24,000 bases of DNA from Candidatus Izemoplasmatales bacterium (GTDB lineage Bacteria; Bacillota_I; Bacilli_A; Izemoplasmatales; Hujiaoplasmataceae), in the NCBI GenBank assembly GCA_028691315.1, contig JAQUZN010000001.1, positions 121,238 to 145,237 on the forward strand, in the 5' to 3' direction. A model generated the notes under the pieces. That model did not search any database and had not been told where the DNA came from. It saw only the letters and a program-made list of their open reading frames with translations. Below are positions 17,683 through 24,000 of this stretch, piece after piece (position 1 is the stretch's first letter; the number at the start of each line of letters is the position of its first letter). Position numbers and translations under genes: made by a program.

Positions 17683-19860
17683 ATGAGTATGAACATTGAC
17701 GATTTGAGAACACAAAATAGCGGAGCTGCAACAAGCCCCGTGGAAGTTCAACAAGGAAATATCGTTAATATTAATTTAAAGCTATCTGCTGAGGAAAGAG
17801 AAGAACTCCTTAGAAAACGTATGGAGAACAAACCAGATAATATAGATGAAGAAGTTCTTGCAACTGCTCAGGGAGAAGATCTCGGTAATGGTATTCGAGA
17901 GTTTGTACCAGAAACTTTGGGTATCTTCAATAAACCTCAGGAAGTAGAAAAAGATGATGCAATGAAAGCCCTAGAAATCTTTGATAAGGAGATTTTCCCA
18001 CAGAAAGTCGAAGAAATGGAACAGTTTAATGCAGCGCTTGATGTGGCTGGTGAACTAACTGAAGAAGAAGTTCTCCAGATGCAAGGTAAAGATTATATCA
18101 CAAAAGTTGTAGAAGAACCAAGACGACTTGGTGCTTTGAAAACAATCGATCTTACTGATGAGGATGTAAAAGCAAAAGAATTGAAACAAAAAGAAATATG
18201 GGAAAGAATTGATGCTGAAAGATCTCAAGATATTGATCCATCTTCAGATTCTCAGAAATCATATGAAAAAGAAATGGGTATTGATCTTGATAATTTGAAT
18301 CTGCCCTACGCTCCAGAAGAGGTGGAAGCTATGCCAAATCCTACAATGGATGATGAAGACGCATCGATTACATATAAGACAGAACAAACCGAATTAGTCA
18401 TTAAAGGAGATAGCGTAGTAATGGAGACTTCACATTCTAAAACAATAAAAGCCACTCAATTTGAAGATGCTACTGGTATAGTAGATAATGTTACAATTGT
18501 AGGTGGATTAACTAAATCAGCAGATGAATCAACCACATTTTCAACCGAATATACAGGTCATGATGGTGTTAATGAAGGATTTATCGGAAAGTTTGTAAAT
18601 ACAGGTGTAACTGGAAATATCGGGAGTTGGGATTTGCCGAGTGAGGATACTGATACTACAAATGTAACAGAGAATACTTCCAATGAAGAAATAGATGAAT
18701 CTGATGATGATTTTGTTCTTCCGGAATCCCAGATTATTGAAGATGTCTCCCCATATAATGAATTTGCTAACGATGATGATGAAGATCTGAAAGAAGATAA
18801 AGAATCTGAAGATCTTGAGAATATTGATGGTAAAGAAACTGATGAAGAGATTATGAATCGATTTAAGAAATCTATCAAAGAGAAGATCAAACCGGTAACA
18901 AAAGCATTTGATATTTCTACATATACAGTAGTGAATAAAGCAGTTCCATTTAGTAATGCTGTGCAGAGTCAGACCACTCATTTCCGTTCTGCGAAATGGG
19001 CGTTGATGAATAGTGGTAGACCAATCACTATGAGATCCTTCTTAGCTACTGAATTTGATGCAATAAGTAATGGTTCAAGAGGTGATACTCGTTATATGAC
19101 TGTAAAGAAACAATACAAGATGATCTTTGATCATATTATGGATCCGAAACCGAAGACTGTTGAAGAGTGGGCCAAAGTTAATAGTTTCCTTGATTTGGAT
19201 CATATTTGGTTTTCTGTCTATCGTGCATCTTTTGAAGGGTCTAATTACATTCCGAAAGATTGTGTGGATACTACAAAATGCCGAAATGTATTCCTGACAG
19301 AAGATATTCCGTTGATGGATATGGTAAAATTCGAAAGTAAAGAAGTTCGAAAAGAGTTCTTTAATATTTTGAATAAAGAAGCAGACATGACTTCTAATAT
19401 GTATGTATCTGAAGTGGTACCGATTTCTAATGACTATGCAATTGCATTGAGAGAACCATCGATTTATAATATTGTATTTGAAACTGCTCTGTTGGAAGAA
19501 GACTTCCTAAATAGTCATCAAGATCTGGTTTCTGTCTTGGCATATATTGATCAGGTATATAAATTAGATCATACAACTCGTAGTATGGTTCCGATTAATT
19601 CCCCATACTTTGCGAATAATGAAACAAAGACCTATAAAACAAGAATTAAAACACTATCTAAAATATTAGACACTTTGACTTCTGACCAGTATCGTTATAT
19701 CCTTACACTGATTGATAATATCAATAAGCGTGGAGATAAAGTAACTTATATTCATCCTGAAATGACGTGTCCGAAATGTAATACTAAAATTCCCGAAGCC
19801 GTTCAGACTCCTCAGAACATGGTTTTTCTACGGCATCAGTTGGTCAACTTCGCGATCTAG
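17683..19860 (+). CDS. Large acidic phage protein (725 aa), probably baseplate/tail-associated; may be extended by a -1 frameshift
   Basis: SD GAGGAGG upstream; follows the gp25-like gene. C-terminus has MTCPKCNTKIPEAVQTPQNMVF before the frame ends. Confidence 0.8.
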   Translation: MSMNIDDLRTQNSGAATSPVEVQQGNIVNINLKLSAEEREELLRKRMENKPDNIDEEVLATAQGEDLGNGIREFVPETLGIFNKPQEVEKDDAMKALEIFDKEIFPQKVEEMEQFNAALDVAGELTEEEVLQMQGKDYITKVVEEPRRLGALKTIDLTDEDVKAKELKQKEIWERIDAERSQDIDPSSDSQKSYEKEMGIDLDNLNLPYAPEEVEAMPNPTMDDEDASITYKTEQTELVIKGDSVVMETSHSKTIKATQFEDATGIVDNVTIVGGLTKSADESTTFSTEYTGHDGVNEGFIGKFVNTGVTGNIGSWDLPSEDTDTTNVTENTSNEEIDESDDDFVLPESQIIEDVSPYNEFANDDDEDLKEDKESEDLENIDGKETDEEIMNRFKKSIKEKIKPVTKAFDISTYTVVNKAVPFSNAVQSQTTHFRSAKWALMNSGRPITMRSFLATEFDAISNGSRGDTRYMTVKKQYKMIFDHIMDPKPKTVEEWAKVNSFLDLDHIWFSVYRASFEGSNYIPKDCVDTTKCRNVFLTEDIPLMDMVKFESKEVRKEFFNILNKEADMTSNMYVSEVVPISNDYAIALREPSIYNIVFETALLEEDFLNSHQDLVSVLAYIDQVYKLDHTTRSMVPINSPYFANNETKTYKTRIKTLSKILDTLTSDQYRYILTLIDNINKRGDKVTYIHPEMTCPKCNTKIPEAVQTPQNMVFLRHQLVNFAI

Positions 19861-20036
19861 TTGGAATAGCCATGAACTTGGCTAGTAACTTTAGAGGCAG
19901 GTTGTCATACACTGATGCTCTTAACCTTGAAATGCATCATTTTCAAACTTTAAGACACATGATGTATCTTGAGAGCTTATCGGAAGAAACAAAAGAGCGA
20001 AAACAGATGGAAGCATTAGAGGACGAAATATCATAG
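19833..20036 (+). CDS. Out-of-frame continuation (-1 frame) of the preceding gene
   Basis: The -1 frame is open from 19788 and reads ...TASVGQLRDLVGIAMNLASNFRGRLSYTDALNLEMHHFQTLRHMMYLESLSEETKERKQMEALEDEIS*, which looks protein-like. No SD or start codon at the boundary. Confidence 0.6.
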   Translation, partial: ASVGQLRDLVGIAMNLASNFRGRLSYTDALNLEMHHFQTLRHMMYLESLSEETKERKQMEALEDEIS

Positions 20037-20054
20037 AAAGGATAGACGAATGGA

Positions 20055-20420
20055 ATGATACAAGACAGAATTCAGTTTGTTAATTCATTAGAATTAAATG
20101 ATGGATTGGCAAAAGAAATAAGTATTAAACATTATTTCGATGAACTTATGGCATTCTATGATCTGATAAGCCTCGATCCGAATCGTGAAGATGGCGTCAA
20201 GAACTTTTGGTTTGAAAATGATCATAACTTTGCTATGAATATACAATTCTCACAAAATGAAAATCTTCAAAGTTTTTGTGAAAAATTGAGTTTATTCGAT
20301 GGCACGGTTTTTATCTATGGTCTTTACTATAGATTACATTATAAATCAAAACGTAATCTTTGTACGGTTCAATTATCGGTCTTATTGGATGATGAAGATC
20401 CAAGAAGTTCTATATCATAA
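20055..20420 (+). CDS. Small hypothetical protein (121 aa)
   Basis: ORF in the plus-strand gene series between the frameshifted gene and the RNAP gene; SD-like AGAAAGGA upstream. Confidence 0.65.
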   Translation: MIQDRIQFVNSLELNDGLAKEISIKHYFDELMAFYDLISLDPNREDGVKNFWFENDHNFAMNIQFSQNENLQSFCEKLSLFDGTVFIYGLYYRLHYKSKRNLCTVQLSVLLDDEDPRSSIS

Positions 20421-20502
20421 ATCAATGGGCGATTATGTTGAGGTCAGCATAATCGCTCTCCTTATGTCACATATAAGTAATTGAAAGGGGTGAATATATC
20501 AA

Positions 20503-21839
20503 TTGGAATCATTGAATTTAAGAAATCTTATGTTAGAATATATTGATGATAATTACAATAGTGATGTTATCATGCTAAACGAAGCCGGTAAAGGAACAAG
20601 TCTATTAGAAGTTGAATTATTGGATGATGAAGACTTTATTAAGAAGAACCAAATAGAACCAATCACAAATCCAATCTTCTTTGTAAGAGAAGGAATTCCT
20701 TCTACCGATGGTTTATTATCAAATCAAATTTTTGGTATCACAAAAGAAGAACGATCTAACACATTTGGTTATATCGATCTTGGTGATACTTACATGCATC
20801 CTCTTTGTTATAAAGTATGGAGTCGAATGGATTCTCGTATTAAAGATATTGCTCATGGAACAAAAAAGTTTATCATCGAGAATGGTGATTTTGTTGAGAG
20901 TGAGAATGGTGAGAATGGTATGGAGTTCTTACGAAAGAATATCAATAACATTAAAATCCGTTCTACCGAATCTCGACAACGTGATAAAAAGATTAAATTC
21001 TTAATGAGTAATCGAAATAAAATGTTTATTAAAAAATTTATGGTTATCCCAGCATACTATCGAGATGTGGAAACTAATTCTGGTGGTAAAGTTGGGGTAG
21101 GTTCTTTAAATAAGCATTATGCATCTTTGATAATCTCTGCTCGATCATTAAAAGAAACTCAAGAGTATGGTCTCAACGTATCTGAAGCTGTGCGTGGGAG
21201 AGTGCAAGAAACAATTCTCGACATATATAACATACTTAGCGGAACTTCGGACGACCCCGATGCCGGAATCGGCTTATCTTCAAAAAGAGGGTACGTAAAG
21301 AGTGCTGTTATGGGGAAAACAGCAGATTATGGATCTCGACTGATTATTTCTGCACCTGAGTTAAAAGTAGAGGCTTTAGATGATCTAATGGTAGATATGG
21401 ATTATTGTGCATTGCCATTAGCATCAGCTATTACAAACTTCTTTCCCTTTATCGTATTCCATGTTAAACGTTTCTTTGAGAATAACTTTCATGGAAATGA
21501 ACAATATTCTACGATCAATAAAAAAACAGGTAAAACAGAATTCGTAACGATTAAAGACCCATTAGAAACTTTCTCTGATGAGAGAATACGAAAAGAGATG
21601 AAACGATTTGTTAAAGGTTACTCTGATCGTTTTTCTCCTATAGAGATTCCAACAACTAATGGCGATATGGTAAGAGCAAGATTTACCGGAAAAGAAGTAT
21701 CCGCTGAAGATATGAAGAATGGAAATGTATCCGGTTCTTCTGCTTTAATACAAAGAGATTTAACTTGGTGTGATGTATTCTATATGGCGGCCACAGAAGC
21801 TGTCAGAGATAAGCATGTTATTATTACCCGTTTTCCGAT
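20503..21839 (+). CDS. RNA polymerase beta'-like subunit, N-terminal part, exon 1
   Basis: TTG start. Motifs GLLSNQIFG, FGYIDLGDTYMHP, SSKRGYVKSAVMGKTADYGSRLIIS (matches beta' [20 protein letters not shown]), FFPFIVFHVKRFF and HVIITRFP (matches beta' VLLNRxPTLHR). The track ORF continues to 21882 into intron sequence. Confidence 0.88.
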
Positions 21840-22215
21840 AAAAGAAGAAATTCAAGTGTCGGCTAGGCCAGTAATGGTCTAGAAATAACTTTTCTAATTG
21901 CTGGAAATCCTTAAAGCCTCAGAGACCACAACGTAATTCATAAGAATAAGCGTGAGGGTTATCGAAAGATAGAAAAAACGTCTGAGGATGATCTATGGTG
22001 ATAGTAAGCCTAAGGATCGTATAAAATAGGTGATCAGCAGCTAAGCATCTTTATAAAAAGATGAAAGTTCAACGACTATCCGAAAGGAGTAGGGTTCAAG
22101 TGAATTCGAAATGGAAAGCATCCTTATGGGATGAAGATATAGTCTAGTATCCTAATGAAAGTTAGGGAAGTTCATAAGAGAACTGCGTAGCTTAACGACC
22201 TACGTGAATACCACG
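21840..22215 (+). ncRNA. Group I intron (ORF-less), self-splicing candidate, ~376 nt
   Basis: Core elements: P AATTGCTGGAAA (21896-21907), Q ATCAGCAGCTAAGC (22033-22046), R GTTCAACGACTATCC (22067-22081), S GAAGATATAGTCTAG (22133-22147). P7 GACTAT/ATAGTC; P4 TGCTG/CAGCA; P5 ATCCTTA/TAAGGAT; P1 exon CCGAU pairs with IGS GUCGG with U.G at the splice site; P9.0 candidate GTAT/ATAC; P9-region hairpins CCTAA/TTAGG, AGTTC/GAACT, CGTAG/CTACG. 3' boundary G22215 preferred, G22221 also in frame. Confidence 0.93.
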
Positions 22216-22621
22216 GGACAGTTGTTTTAATAACATGGTTGCTAAAGTAAGAGTCTCTACTGTCAAATATATGGAAAAGGTTTATGTGAATGGAACCTAT
22301 TATCCGTTTTACCCAAAGATTAGACAGAAAGATATTAGTTCTAACACGAGTGATAAATTTATTGATACATTGATGATTAGTAATCTTATGCTCAAAGGAG
22401 CCGGTGGTGATTATGATGGAGATCAAGTATCGGTAAAAGCTGCATGGACACAAGAAGCCAATATTGAATTGGATAAGTTTATCAAATCAGTTTCAAATTA
22501 TATTGATCTTGGTGGTGTCAATATTCGAGTCTCAACAAATGAAGCAGTACAAGCTTTATTTAGTATGACAAAGATATTAAATGAAGATAAAGCTAAGATT
22601 CAAAAACCTATTTTTACATAA
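22216..22621 (+). CDS. RNA polymerase beta'-like subunit, exon 2 with catalytic DYDGD motif
   Basis: In-frame continuation after splicing: ...DSCFNNMVAKVRVSTVKYMEKVYVNGTYYPFYPKIRQKDIS...MLKGAGGDYDGDQVSVKAAW..., matching the beta' NADFDGDQMAVH catalytic loop. The track ORF from ATG 22235 is probably not a genuine start. Confidence 0.88.
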
Positions 22622-22625
22622 TACT

Positions 22626-22668
22626 ATATATGGTAATCCAGTGATATTTGGATTACCATATATTTATT
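22626..22668 (+). terminator. Hairpin / intrinsic terminator after the RNAP gene
   Basis: 15-bp stem ATATATGGTAATCCA (22626-22640)/TGGATTACCATATAT (22649-22663), followed by TTATTGT, starting 5 nt after the stop codon. Confidence 0.75.
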
Positions 22669-22765
22669 GTAAATTAAGTTAATTATACTTGCATATTATT
22701 ACTGTGATATAGTAAGGTAAATGTAAACAAAATAACAAATTTCAAACAAATAGGAGGAAACAATT

Positions 22766-24000
22766 ATGACGTTACCAAGTTGGATGTACATTATGGAAGC
22801 AAATATGAACATAATGAAGAGTGGAATGCAGCTCAAAGCAACGGAGACTTATGGAAAGATGCCTATGAGCGTAAGAAGAATCCGTAAGCCAAGTATTAAC
22901 AGATTCATGAATTCTGTAAAGGATGATAAGAAACAAGAAGAGAAAACGGAAGAGAAGATCGTCGAAGAAACAATCAACAACTGTAATGAAGAACCTGATA
23001 TCAACAAGGATTCCGATACCATCAAAAAAGAAGCTCAGGATATAATGGAATCTGTTAAAGAAGCTTATGATGATATGGTAAAAGATGCTAAGGAAGAAGA
23101 AGTGAAAGAAGACATCAAAAAGAATGTAGAAGATGTTATCACAGAATCAGTGACAAAAGCAGCAGAAGAGAATCAGAAACCCGACGATGAGTTAGAAAGG
23201 GTTGAAGGTGAAATTGTTGAGGTTCCACAGAAACCAATGCAGAAAATGGAAGTTGATGTAAAGGTTAAAGGGAATAAGGTTGATATCAATGCAGATGTAT
23301 ATATGACAAAAAAGCAGTTTGAAAACATCGGTGATGTTAAGAAGCTGTGTAATGATATTTATACATCGATTGTGAATGGAATGGAAACATGGATTCCATA
23401 TGTGATCTTCCCGTATAACGAAAACATGTATAACGACAAGCAGAAGGAAGAGATGAGTGTTAAATTCGATGAAACTATCTTTAATAGTTTGAAGAGTGTC
23501 GTTGAACCTCTCAAAGAAAAAGGACTCAATCTCGAAAACATCGATGATATCCAAAAGATTGTTGGTGAGGATACTATGGTAAGTATTGTACAAGCAGCAA
23601 TACATGCAAATCCGAGTAAAGTTCCAAACTCAACACCTAAAGCCACTCCAGTACAACCAGGACCAAAACCATTGGATTTGTCAAAGAATGTGAAGAAAGA
23701 GAATCCGAAGAAAGAATCTAAAATCAGACTCATTCGGTATGAAGGTGATGTAGAGAATGAAGATGTTCTTCCAACACCTACTCCAATCGATCAATTAGAT
23801 CCAGTAGAAACAACCAATGAAACAAGAGTGAATGATGAATCTCCAAAAGTAACACCGATCAATCAATTAGACCCAACTCCTGCACCTTCGAAAGAAACCA
23901 TTAACAATAATAAGCAGAAGAGATCTAAGAGATATACGAAAGGCGGAAATAAAACAAAGGCAATCGATGGATCAGAAGTGGATCCATATGCTAAGAAAAA
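22766..24000 (+). CDS. Partial Lys/Glu-rich hypothetical phage protein (runs off the right edge)
   Basis: ATG at 22766 with SD TAGGAGGAAA; open to the window end (>=411 codons): MTLPSWMYIMEANMNIMKSGMQLKATETYGKMPMSVRRIRKPSINRFMNSVKDDKKQEEKTEEK... Absent from the track because it is truncated. Confidence 0.88.
   Translation, partial: MTLPSWMYIMEANMNIMKSGMQLKATETYGKMPMSVRRIRKPSINRFMNSVKDDKKQEEKTEEKIVEETINNCNEEPDINKDSDTIKKEAQDIMESVKEAYDDMVKDAKEEEVKEDIKKNVEDVITESVTKAAEENQKPDDELERVEGEIVEVPQKPMQKMEVDVKVKGNKVDINADVYMTKKQFENIGDVKKLCNDIYTSIVNGMETWIPYVIFPYNENMYNDKQKEEMSVKFDETIFNSLKSVVEPLKEKGLNLENIDDIQKIVGEDTMVSIVQAAIHANPSKVPNSTPKATPVQPGPKPLDLSKNVKKENPKKESKIRLIRYEGDVENEDVLPTPTPIDQLDPVETTNETRVNDESPKVTPINQLDPTPAPSKETINNNKQKRSKRYTKGGNKTKAIDGSEVDPYAKK

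Noticed and set aside
18541-18981. Minus-strand ORFs inside the 17683-19860 gene (18541-18981, 18558-18890)
   Set aside because: Shadow ORFs of an acidic repetitive coding region; Ser/Phe/Ile-rich translations.
21840-22215. Interpretation of the RNAP gene gap as a group II intron, intein or simple pseudogenisation
   Set aside because: There are stop codons in all likely reading paths, so it is not an intein. No domain V-like element was noticed, and canonical group I P/Q/R/S elements are present with precise frame restoration.
22235-22621. ORF starting at ATG 22235 as an independent 128 aa protein
   Set aside because: The frame is open upstream to the intron boundary and matches the beta' catalytic region, so it is better explained as exon 2 of a spliced gene.
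22172-23733. Minus-strand ORFs at 22172-22453, 23192-23605 and 23359-23733
   Set aside because: Antisense to the intron/exon 2 and to the long plus-strand CDS that starts at 22766; no support as genes.
1-24000. CRISPR arrays, tRNA genes, insertion sequences or retroelement (DGR/retron) signatures
   Set aside because: No regularly spaced direct repeats, cloverleaf-like segments, transposase or reverse transcriptase motifs were seen. Repeats noted are single hairpins or protein-level duplications.

Overview
Low-GC, densely packed, tailed-phage-like genome segment. I infer a large or jumbo phage of a spore-forming Firmicute. The left half (1-11374) is mostly minus-strand structural genes. It contains tail-fibre/minor structural proteins, one with a C-terminal SDxRxKxNI intramolecular-chaperone-like domain, plus a degenerate Nudix protein. 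One plus-strand gene there encodes a protein whose C-terminus closely matches the Spo0A DNA-binding domain. A compact minus-strand operon (15618-11452) encodes three adjacent proteins carrying what I read as five diverged copies of an unrecognised ~110-140 aa module. They are followed by an RtcB RNA ligase and PrfH, a release-factor-like ribosome-rescue protein, and a strong intrinsic terminator. The right half is plus strand: a gp25-like baseplate protein, a 725 aa protein with a probable -1 frameshift extension, and an RNA polymerase beta'-like N-terminal gene. That last gene is interrupted by an ORF-less group I intron (~21840-22215) immediately before the exon encoding the catalytic DYDGD motif. 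A lysine/glutamate-rich protein then runs off the right edge. Main targets: (1) the RtcB-PrfH RNA-repair operon with the five-copy module; (2) the group I intron in the RNAP gene; (3) the Spo0A-like regulator lacking a recognisable phosphoacceptor; (4) the possible -1 frameshift at 19823-19830. All homology calls are from memory of family motifs; no database search was run.
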